A DNA stretch of 64,000 bases from Candidatus Poribacteria bacterium (lineage in GTDB: Bacteria > Poribacteria > WGA-4E > WGA-3G). The position numbers and the translations under genes were made by a program. The stretch spans positions 3,136,001-3,200,000 of the forward strand of contig CAXXLX010000001.1 of the NCBI GenBank assembly GCA_963665235.2, read 5' to 3'. Within the stretch, counting starts at the first letter, position 1, and every line of letters starts with the position of its first letter. The notes under the pieces are model-generated. The model made no database searches, had not been told where the DNA came from, and saw only the letters and a program-made list of their open reading frames with translations. Positions 42,312 through 51,110 of this stretch are shown piece by piece.

Positions 42312-43154
42312 GTGAACACCTTGATCGATCGGAAATTGTTTCGGAAGAAATTCTTCCTCCATCTTATTAGCGATTCTTCTGTCATCTTCCCATTCGCTGC
42401 GGGTGCCCTCGGTATTTTTATATCTTGGGTGTTTAATCTGGAACCGAGAATTCTGTATCTATTCGGGAGCATGGTCGTTGGGCTCGGGTTGCCAATCGGT
42501 GCGCTGATAACGAAGTGGGCATCCGGTACAGATGATGTCGCCAAACGGGTTCACGATGAAATGTTGCAAGCAGTAAATCAGCAGCAGGAAGCGGAGCTGA
42601 ACACGCTCCGTGAGCAGTTAGAGGCGGATGGCGACGCTCGAACGGAACAGATGCTGGAGGAGCTTCGCGACTTGCATCAATCGTTTCAGGAGGAGGCGAA
42701 AGAAAGCGGATGGTTGGGAAACCTGCCGATTAGCGTCAATGCTGAAATTACGGACAAGGTGTCAGAACTTTTTGCTCAAGCTGTTCAGTGTTTGAAAGAC
42801 ACGTTGAAGATGCAGGAGAAATCGAGAAACACGCAATCGCAAACTATCAGAAAAGTGCTTAGGCAGCATAGGGAGAAACTGCTCTCGGATGTGCAACAAA
42901 CGATTGTCCAGCTGGCACATCTCTATACCCGTGTGCTTACGCTCGAGCCGGATAGCAATGAGACGGAGCTCTCGCGACTTCGGACGGAACTTGACGAAAG
43001 TTTGGATTTTGCCAAGAAGGTTGACGCGCAGATACGTGAATTCACGCCTGATACTACTGACACGCTGAGTCAATCGGATGACTCAGTGGCGGATTCTCAC
43101 ACGATAGTCGCGGGCCGGGAAGCTGCCCCTACAGAGGAGGGCAAGCTGCAATAA
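42312..43154 (+). CDS. Two-TM membrane protein with cytoplasmic coiled-coil domain
   Basis: Hydrophobic segments at about aa 24-43 and 47-67, then helical heptad-rich region. Confidence 0.75.
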   Translation: MNTLIDRKLFRKKFFLHLISDSSVIFPFAAGALGIFISWVFNLEPRILYLFGSMVVGLGLPIGALITKWASGTDDVAKRVHDEMLQAVNQQQEAELNTLREQLEADGDARTEQMLEELRDLHQSFQEEAKESGWLGNLPISVNAEITDKVSELFAQAVQCLKDTLKMQEKSRNTQSQTIRKVLRQHREKLLSDVQQTIVQLAHLYTRVLTLEPDSNETELSRLRTELDESLDFAKKVDAQIREFTPDTTDTLSQSDDSVADSHTIVAGREAAPTEEGKLQ

Positions 43155-43208
43155 TAGTGGATGTGTATAGCACACACTTAATCTTACATTGAGTTAGGAG
43201 AAACTGCG

Positions 43209-43751
43209 ATGGCAAAGAGCATTACCCGTTTTTTCAAAGTTGCTTGGTATACGATTACCGCTTGTAGGAACAAGCAGGTCGAGAGACTGATGGAAAATCC
43301 TGAAGCGGTGCGCGGATTGTATGAAGACGTTATCCGCTACAAACTGAGTCGTATCCAACGTTATAAGCTGGGGATTGGGCGCCTCATCCCGTTTGTTGAA
43401 CAGAAGAAAAATTTGCTTAATGAGCTCACAAACGAGATTGCGCTGTTAGAAAAGCAGAAGGCGGATGCAATCGCTAAATCGGAAAGCACGGCTGCTGAGC
43501 TCCAAAAAGCGGGCATGTCAGAAGAGGAGATTGAACAGCATCCGGATTCCATCGACCTTGCCTTGGCGGAAAAAAAGGTTCGCGTTGCTAAAGTTGAGCA
43601 CGAGCTTGAACGTTTGCAAAACGATATTGAAGACCATAAACTTCAGCTAGCCAGTCTTCATCGGGATTTGGAAAGGTTTAAGAAGGAGCAGGCTGAGGCG
43701 GTTGCTGAGCTGATTCAGGAAGAGAACGACAGGAAGTCGCGAAGACGTTAG
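43209..43751 (+). CDS. Shortened PspA/IM30-like coiled-coil paralogue
   Basis: Aligns by eye to 43992-44840 (ITRFFK, MENPEAVRG.YED, IQRYK); internal deletion and missing C-terminus. Confidence 0.65.
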   Translation: MAKSITRFFKVAWYTITACRNKQVERLMENPEAVRGLYEDVIRYKLSRIQRYKLGIGRLIPFVEQKKNLLNELTNEIALLEKQKADAIAKSESTAAELQKAGMSEEEIEQHPDSIDLALAEKKVRVAKVEHELERLQNDIEDHKLQLASLHRDLERFKKEQAEAVAELIQEENDRKSRRR

Positions 43752-43819
43752 CAGGTGATTTGTAAAGAAAGTTGATGTGCGGCTAGCTACATGAATTCGC
43801 CACAATTTGTTTCAAGTAT

Positions 43820-43912
43820 CAGGACGGACGCAAATAGCACAGATTTTTCGGGTTTTCAGAGAGGTTTACCCCCCCCTAACCCCCCGCGGGCGGGGGGAAT
43901 GCGTAAGTCCTG
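43820..43912. mobile_element. MITE, TIR CAGGAC..ACGCA/TGCGTAAGTCCTG, TSD AAGTAT
   Basis: TSD at 43814-43819 and 43913-43918; internal C7/G6 hairpin; related copy 48756-48848. Confidence 0.8.
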
Positions 43913-43991
43913 AAGTATGTAATTTTTGTTAGGCTCCAGAGATGGATGCTTCTAAGTCACTTAATTTCACATTTAGTCAGGAGGAATTGAC

Positions 43992-44840
43992 ATGGCAAAC
44001 GGCATTACCCGTTTTTTCAAAGCTATCTGGTATACACTTACTGGTCGTGCACACGAGCAGGCTGATAGGATGATGGAGAATCCTGAGGCGGTGCGCGGGG
44101 CTTATGAAGATATTATCCGCGATAAGCAGGGAAATATCCAACGTTATAAGAACGCGATTGGGCAACTTATCGCGCTTGTTGAACAGAAGAAAGGCTCCCT
44201 TAATCGTCTCACCAATGACATTGATTTGTTAGAGAAGAAGAAAGCAGGGGCAATCGCTAAGGCGAAACGGGTCGCTGCTGATCTGCAAAAGTCCGGGGCA
44301 GCAGACCTAGAAATTAAGCAAGATCCGGAATACACCCGCTGTGTAGCTGCCTATAACGACTTTCACTCTACTTTGGAGGAGAAACATTCTCACGTTGCTG
44401 ATTTAGAGGAGGAGATTGAACGTGCACAAAACGACATTGAATCTCACAAAGTTCAGATAACTGGGCTCCATCGTGATTTGGGGAAGATTAAGACAGAACA
44501 GTCTGAAGCGGTGGCTGACCTGATTACTGCCCGTGAGCAGGAGGAAATCTCTGATATGTTATCCGGTATCAGCATGGATGGCACTTCAGCGGAGTTGTCT
44601 CGTATGCGCGAAATTCGGGAAAAAGCGAAGGGTCGCTCAAGGGTTGCCCAGGAACTTGCTGGCACAGATTCACGCGCTGAAGAGGAAGAGTTTCTCGCTG
44701 AAGCACGCAGCTCAGCGGCCTCTGAAGAATTTGACTCGCTTATTTTCGGAGCACAACAGACCGATACGACTGAGATAATCGAAGACGTGCAGCCAACACC
44801 TGAAACCGAATCCGAGACCGAATCGGAATTGCCGCTGTAA
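43992..44840 (+). CDS. PspA/IM30 (ESCRT-III-like) family coiled-coil protein
   Basis: Amphipathic N-terminal helix (ITRFFKAIW), ENP hinge, long helical hairpin, EL.RMREIREKAKGR.RVAQEL, acidic tail. Confidence 0.7.
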   Translation: MANGITRFFKAIWYTLTGRAHEQADRMMENPEAVRGAYEDIIRDKQGNIQRYKNAIGQLIALVEQKKGSLNRLTNDIDLLEKKKAGAIAKAKRVAADLQKSGAADLEIKQDPEYTRCVAAYNDFHSTLEEKHSHVADLEEEIERAQNDIESHKVQITGLHRDLGKIKTEQSEAVADLITAREQEEISDMLSGISMDGTSAELSRMREIREKAKGRSRVAQELAGTDSRAEEEEFLAEARSSAASEEFDSLIFGAQQTDTTEIIEDVQPTPETESETESELPL

Positions 44841-44958
44841 GTTGATTTGTCGGGTTTCTCTGTGTTCACAATCCGAAACTCTTTTGAAACTTAGACAGAC
44901 ACGCCCAAGTTTCAAAAGAGTTTCCTATAAACTGGATAAAGGGAGGGAGGAAAGCACT

Positions 44959-46755
44959 GTGAATGTTTACACAGAGCATCAAGATAAAACACCGGACAAC
45001 TGGGAAGTTGTCTTGGAACGTTTGAGGGAGCTTGAAACCCGTGTGCAGCGAATTAATGAATCCAAAAAGCGCGCCCCGGTTCCACCCGAAACCCTTGCAG
45101 CGTTCCAAGAACTTCATAATACGTTGGTTGACGAGACTTGCAAGGCGTGGCAAACATCACAGCAAGATGAAGCATTGGATACCTTAAACAGTGTTCTAGA
45201 TAATGCCTTTGTTGAGGCGATGTGGCTATCCCTTGAGCAGTACCCTGCAATTGTTCATCACCCGGAAATTGAAAATTTAGATACAGCAGGCTCTAAAATT
45301 TTCACATGTTTTATACCGGATGCTCCAACAGATATTACCGCACGCGAGAATCTAAAATCAAAACTTCAACAAATATTCAATATAGATGCTAAAAGATTAG
45401 AGAAATTGAACCGAGGGCTCGCTAAGCGGACCGCTCCGCTCCAGCATCGACATCAAATTATGCGGTGTTTAGAGACCCGTTTCAATTTGGTATCTAACAA
45501 CCCCGATTTGGATGCGGATGTCCTTCGGCTCTTTCAGTACATATATCCCGGGTCACCTTTTGAAGTCGGTGAGGTGAAGTTGGTGAAAACTGCCTCTGCC
45601 CTCCTTTTCTGCGTCCCTTCAGCGGTAAAGGCGGCACCTGCTGATATGCACAACGACTCCAAAAATGCTACACCGAAGGACACGAAACAAACCAAAACCC
45701 AACTTAAGAAGGACAGATACGAACGATTTCTCCAGGAAATTTGGAAGGTAGAACCGTTTGCACACTTTCCTGTATTCGGGACCTTCAACGCGGAACGTCT
45801 TGAACTCACATTCCGTGAACAGATTGCTAAAGGGACGGAGCTGTCTGTAGAATTGATTACGGCAACCCTAACGCGGATGATAGGACTGCTGCCATTAGAA
45901 GAACTTGACAAATATCTCATCCATGATACATGGGGGCACCAGTGGCAGGAAACTTTACTCGATTTTGAGGAGCCTTATACAGAATTATCCGGTTTTAAAC
46001 GGCCGTTATCCCTTACCGAAACCGCTTCTGTTTTCGGGGAAGAGACCTCGTTCGTTGAAGCTTTTGTCAAAACATCGACAGGAGACGTTCAACTTGATGC
46101 AGAAAAGCTGCAGCGGTTCATTGATGCGGAGCTTTATGAACGTTTCATCATTGCATTTACGCCTATTCTCGCTGAAATGTTGGCGGATGTTGTGGAATAT
46201 AAGTTTTTAGAACTATATCCTGAGCAGGCACATCTCCTGCCGAGTTCCTCGCTGCTTAAGGATTTTCCGAGCAAATTAGATTTGACGCTCACTGACCTCC
46301 GCGGATGCTTCGTAGAGGCATCCGAAGCGTTCCAGACTTGGGTGAGCTCCGAGGCGGCTAAACACCGATTAAGTATGGAAATTTGTGAAAAACTTGATAT
46401 TCCGAGCAGTGATGCGCTGGAACAGGTGCTTGAAGAGGCGGTGCAACTCTGTAAGAGGCAGCTCGATGGGTTTTATCAACCGGAGTGGTTTTGGGAGAAA
46501 ACAGCGGACAATTGCTTGAAACTGAACGCGTTTAGCTTCACCGCCCTTAACTTTCTCCGAATTCATATTGCCTTACTCCAAACTTACGAGGCTTTATCTC
46601 AAATCGGGACGCGGCACGGTTTCAAGGACGCACTTGTGTTGGCGATGGGCACCTTTTTTGAACTAGAACCGCAACGGCATATATGGCACCTTGACCAATT
46701 TTTAACCGAGGGGTTTCTGCCGCGATGGAAAAAATTGGCTGAAGCCGGCGTATGA
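44959..46755 (+). CDS. Hypothetical 598-aa helical protein with an HDxxGH motif
   Basis: GTG start 44959 after GGAGG; IHDTWGHQW and AEMLAD motifs. Confidence 0.75.
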   Translation: MNVYTEHQDKTPDNWEVVLERLRELETRVQRINESKKRAPVPPETLAAFQELHNTLVDETCKAWQTSQQDEALDTLNSVLDNAFVEAMWLSLEQYPAIVHHPEIENLDTAGSKIFTCFIPDAPTDITARENLKSKLQQIFNIDAKRLEKLNRGLAKRTAPLQHRHQIMRCLETRFNLVSNNPDLDADVLRLFQYIYPGSPFEVGEVKLVKTASALLFCVPSAVKAAPADMHNDSKNATPKDTKQTKTQLKKDRYERFLQEIWKVEPFAHFPVFGTFNAERLELTFREQIAKGTELSVELITATLTRMIGLLPLEELDKYLIHDTWGHQWQETLLDFEEPYTELSGFKRPLSLTETASVFGEETSFVEAFVKTSTGDVQLDAEKLQRFIDAELYERFIIAFTPILAEMLADVVEYKFLELYPEQAHLLPSSSLLKDFPSKLDLTLTDLRGCFVEASEAFQTWVSSEAAKHRLSMEICEKLDIPSSDALEQVLEEAVQLCKRQLDGFYQPEWFWEKTADNCLKLNAFSFTALNFLRIHIALLQTYEALSQIGTRHGFKDALVLAMGTFFELEPQRHIWHLDQFLTEGFLPRWKKLAEAGV

Positions 46756-46895
46756 AGTTGGCTATTGGCTATTGGCAAGAGGTCTCTGACATCGGTCAAA
46801 AACCTGCTTAGAATCACAATGTCTTGCTATTTGCTAATCGCTAATCGCCATTTGCTAATTTGTGGCAATATCTCTCTTTGGAGGAGGAAAGAACA

Positions 46896-48738
46896 ATCGC
46901 TGTTAAAGATCCGACCTACAAATTCCGTACTGAAGCGGGAATGCTTATTAATTCCGGTACTTCGCGCAGCATCGTCCTTCATGGAAATATCCATGACCTC
47001 TTTTTTATTCAGGAGGAAGCCGCGGAGGATTATATACCGCTCGTTCCATTCCTTACACGGAGTTGGAACATTCCCGGCTTTATCCTAATAGTCTATGAGC
47101 TCAACGGGCCGCTCCGCTTTCTGGACAGTAGTAGCAGGGAGAAGCTGAGGCAGGCTTTCAACACCTGGCGAAGGGTTGCTGAATCAACTCCAAGTAAAAC
47201 GACTAGTCTTTTCTCGCTGTCCGACAAGTTGGAAAGTTCACATCCAAAATCGGATACCTCTGATGACCTATTTGAGCAATATCTCAACGATGCTATTGGG
47301 AGCCCGACGCTGGCACTTGAGCTTCTCCGTCAATTCTGTCTGATTTCCCGGATGACAAACACCCGTGGGGAAAAATTGCTACAGGAAAAATTGCTCATCA
47401 TTATTGAGGCGACCGATATGCTTCTCCCCGAAGGTGAAATCCGCAGCTTGAGTTTGCCAGATAGACACCGAATCAGCATCGTCCAAGATTGGATTTCGGA
47501 TTCCGATTTCATGAAGGGGACAGATACGGTTGTCTTTGTTAGCGAGTCCAAAAGTCTTGTGAACTCGCGCGTCATGCGACTTCCACAGGTGGTTAGCGTT
47601 GAAGTTCCTGCACCACCCCTAGAGGCACGGAAACATTTTATTTCATGGTTTAACAGAACCCAAAAACCTGCGAAAAAAGAACTAAACCTCTGGGGTAGCC
47701 AAACACAACTTGCGATGCTAACGGCAGGATTATCGCTTCAGGCGTTGCGGCAGCTGCTCGTTTCGGCATGCTATTCCGGTGAAAAGCTGCGTCCGGAGAC
47801 CGTCATTGAAAAAGTCTCTGAGTTTATACAAGCGCAGCTGGGTGAAGATGTCGTTGAATTCAAGAAACCGGCGCACAGCCTTAAAGATATTGTCGGCAAT
47901 TGCAACCTGATTGAATTCCTGAAGACGCAACTCATTCCGCGTATCACCTCTACTGGGCAGGATGCTATCCCCGGCTTGAGCGTTTGTGGTCCCATCGGCA
48001 GTGGAAAAACCTTTATCTTTGAAGGCCTTGCAGGGGAGCTTGATATCCCTGTACTTGTGCTTAAGAACATTCGCAGTATGTGGTTCGGGCAGACAGATGT
48101 CATCTTTGAACGTCTCAGACGATTGTTAATGGCACTCGTCAAGGTGTTAATTTTTGTCGATGAGGCGGATACACAGTTCGGTGGTGTCGGTCAGGATGCA
48201 CATAGCACAGAGCGTAGGCTCACCGGAAAGATACAGGCGATGATGTCTGACCCGCAGCTACGTGGTAATATCACCTGGCTGCTGATGACAGCGCGTATCT
48301 ATAATCTCTCGCCGGACCTTCGCAGAGAGGGACGAGTTGGCGACATCGTGATACCTGTCCTTGGATCCGATGGGTGAAGACCGTGAGACATTTCTCCGAT
48401 GGACGCTCAGCAACGTTTTCGGTGGCGATATTCCGGATGAGACGTTTGAATGTCTGCTTGCCCAAACCGAAGGTTATTCCGCAGCAAGTTTCGCGTCGCT
48501 TCGTGCTGACCTTGAGGCTGCCAGAAACCGCAAAGGTGACTTGTCTGTAGATGAAATTGTTGAGGTTATCTCCGATAGAATTTTGCCGAATATCGGTCCA
48601 ATTCGGCGTTATCAAACCTTGCAAGCGTTCCTGAATTGCACCCGGAAATCGCTTCTTCCGAGCGACTATACCCCCGAAATTCGCAAATCGTGGCTGGAGC
48701 AGATTGCCCAACTTGAAGCGATGGGGGTTAGGGGGTAA
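46896..48738 (+). CDS. Classical-clade AAA+ ATPase with degenerate N-terminal AAA-like domain; +1 frameshift at about 48361 (sequence error or pseudogene)
   Basis: Walker A GPIGSGKT, pore loop RSMWFGQT, Walker B FVDEAD, SRH DLRREGR; IPVL|DPMGEDR joins across frames; in-frame ATC 8 nt after GGAGG. Confidence 0.8.
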
Positions 48739-48755
48739 TACCATTTTTATTAATT

Positions 48756-48848
48756 CTGGACTTACGCAAATAGAACGGGTTTTTTCGGTCCTTGCAGAGG
48801 TTACCCCCCCTAACCCCCCCGCAAGCAGGGGGGAATGCGTAAGTCCTA
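48756..48848. mobile_element. MITE of the GGACTTACGCA/TGCGTAAGTCC family
   Basis: TIRs and TAATT direct repeat on both sides; similar to 43820-43912. Confidence 0.7.
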
Positions 48849-49091
48849 TAATTATTCTATCATTACCGGTTGTTAGAAAGGAAACGGAGAACGACACAAA
48901 CTGGAAGTTTATGCTACAAGAAAGAGACATTTTCAATTAGAAGCAGAGGTTACCCCCCCTAACCCCCCCGCAAGCAGGGGGGAATGCGTAAGTCCTATAA
49001 TTATTCTATCATTACCGGTTGTTAGAAAGGAAACGGAGAACGACACAAACTGGAAGTTTATGCTACAAGAAAGAGACATTTTCAATTAGAA
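48794..49091. repeat. Perfect 149-bp tandem duplication
   Basis: 48794-48942 identical to 48943-49091. Confidence 0.9.
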
Positions 49092-49250
49092 ATGGTATAA
49101 GTTAGGAATATTTGCTTTCGGGTTTTGAGACCCCCCATATCCCCCGCCTGCGGGGGGATAAGAAAGTTTTGCTCGGGAGAGCAAGACTTCAGCGTCGATT
49201 TGCACTTACAAAGCGCGCCACAAACGGTGGGGGTAGATAGATTTCGATGG

Positions 49251-50246
49251 TTAATAATAGCTTATGTCGAGCTTAAAGAAATCTTTTGGGAAGTCTACAT
49301 TAAGCTCTGCTGTGATAATTTCAGTCGTGACACGTCTTCTCTCCGAACCGTCCCGAAAATAGACGGTGTCTACCAAAATTTGAGGGAACCAGATATCTCC
49401 GAACTTCTTAAACTTTTTAAAATCTATCCGTACAACAAGCCTTTTGGGTTCTGGTACTGGATAATATTCAATTCTCCGGACAGAGAAATCTTTGGCAGGC
49501 TCCACCCATATACGGACTTTCCGCGGAACTTTCCATTCCCTGCGTGCGATAAATGTAAGGACGTAACATTCCACGTCGTCAATTGTCTCTTTTCCAATAA
49601 GTTCAGCATCCGATGGTACATGGGCAGATGACCTGCCCCACGACGTAAAATGGCGGTAGCCGTAGTGCTGGTTATCGGGATGAAAAAACGTTGAGTGTTG
49701 AAGGGGGGTTATGATGTCTCCTATGAGCTCTTTGACCTGGGTTTTCATATCATAAACGAGGAGCCAAAGTTCATCTGATGCCCTAAAGCGATTAGATATA
49801 TTATCGAGGGGTCGCCCTGGCGATTCCACCATTGTTAGCTTATATGGATACGTTTTTGGGCGAGTTGCTGCATCCGGTTCCAGCATTTGGAAGAGTGTGG
49901 TTGTCCGCTCGCGCTTTGTGTGTGCCCGAAAGCGGCGTTTTGCCTCGAAGTTAAGGTACGGGACGAGATACTCTTTTTCATACTGTTCTACATTCGAAAA
50001 GGATGAATTGGGGGTGAAGTTTTTCAATTTCAGTTCCTTTTCCGCCTGTATCCACTCAGCAATTTCTTCTTCAGTTTCTCGGGCGGAAGCTTCGACTATC
50101 GTTTTGGTATAGATTTCTCCGCTCCGAATCGTCAGCAGCGCTTTATTGACCCCACGGATGAGCGTCTCTATAGGAATTTCCGCTGCGTGACACAGGGGTG
50201 TGAGCCAAAATAGCGTTAAGACAATGGATAAAAAAGTTCGGGACAT
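49251..50246 (-). CDS. Secreted hypothetical protein (C-terminal LolA-like beta-rich region)
   Basis: Signal peptide; GKETIDDVECYVL, RIWVEP, GDIWFP, LNVDFP.DFF. Confidence 0.65.
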   Translation of the reverse strand: MSRTFLSIVLTLFWLTPLCHAAEIPIETLIRGVNKALLTIRSGEIYTKTIVEASARETEEEIAEWIQAEKELKLKNFTPNSSFSNVEQYEKEYLVPYLNFEAKRRFRAHTKRERTTTLFQMLEPDAATRPKTYPYKLTMVESPGRPLDNISNRFRASDELWLLVYDMKTQVKELIGDIITPLQHSTFFHPDNQHYGYRHFTSWGRSSAHVPSDAELIGKETIDDVECYVLTFIARREWKVPRKVRIWVEPAKDFSVRRIEYYPVPEPKRLVVRIDFKKFKKFGDIWFPQILVDTVYFRDGSERRRVTTEIITAELNVDFPKDFFKLDISYY

Positions 50247-50291
50247 TTTTGAACCTCCTTGTAAAAGGGATGTGTTGTGGACATTTTTGCA

Positions 50292-51089
50292 CTATTCCTT
50301 TTCGTTCACGGATTTCGCACATCGGAATCCGAGGTTATAGTATCTATATGTGGGGAGGTGTACTTCGCGGTGGGTGCATCGGAGTTGTAACCGAATTGCA
50401 TTCCATCCGCCGCCGCGAACGATTTTCTTCTCTTTGTCGTTGTCAGCACACCATTCTGCAACGCTGCCAGCCATATCGAGTACGCCGTAGGGACTCGCGC
50501 CTTGAGGAAAACTGCCGACAGTCATCAATTTTTCGTGATGTGGGAAGTAATGAAGTTTGTTAAAATCAAATGTGTTTCCCCACGGATAGATGCGTGCGTC
50601 TGTCCCTCTGGCAGCCTTTTCCCATTCTGCTTCCGTAGGCAAACGTTTTCCTGCCCATTTCGCGTAGGCGGCGGCTTCATACCAACTCACCCCGATAACA
50701 GGATGGTCAGGTTCCGTGGAGGTGCTGTTTCCCTTAATGCCAAGCGGTTTGTCAATTCTATACACTACTTTCTCATTGCTGTACAGGTAATGAACGCGTT
50801 TTTTCTGAATGAAATCCCACCCCGCTTTTGTCCAATATTCACGGGTGTTATATCCATCTGCCCAGATGAATTCCTTGAATTGCGCGTTTGTAACTTCGTG
50901 TTTATCAATATAGAAGGCATCTACATTGACTGTACGTGCTGGGGTTTGAACGGCAGGGGCGTGAGGGACATCTGTACCCATTGTGAACTCACCTGCTGGT
51001 ACTAGCATCATCCCCTCGGGAGGTTCGCTTGCTGCAAGCCCTGGTGCCAGCATTATCAATAGGAAAGGGATAAGTCGTTTCATCGTCAA
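50292..51089 (-). CDS. Formylglycine-generating enzyme (SUMF1/FGE-sulfatase) domain protein, secreted
   Basis: PAGEFTMG, EVTNAQF, HPVIGVSW, RLPTEAEWEKAARG, DMAGSVAEW, GFRC; lacks the FGE catalytic Cys pair. Confidence 0.88.
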   Translation of the reverse strand: MTMKRLIPFLLIMLAPGLAASEPPEGMMLVPAGEFTMGTDVPHAPAVQTPARTVNVDAFYIDKHEVTNAQFKEFIWADGYNTREYWTKAGWDFIQKKRVHYLYSNEKVVYRIDKPLGIKGNSTSTEPDHPVIGVSWYEAAAYAKWAGKRLPTEAEWEKAARGTDARIYPWGNTFDFNKLHYFPHHEKLMTVGSFPQGASPYGVLDMAGSVAEWCADNDKEKKIVRGGGWNAIRLQLRCTHREVHLPTYRYYNLGFRCAKSVNEKE

Positions 51090-51110
51090 TCTCCTTTTGT
51101 GATATAGGCT

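Noticed and set aside
50292-51089. True sulfatase-maturating FGE, or a diversity-generating retroelement target
   Set aside because: Lacks the catalytic Cys motif; no reverse transcriptase or template repeat in the window
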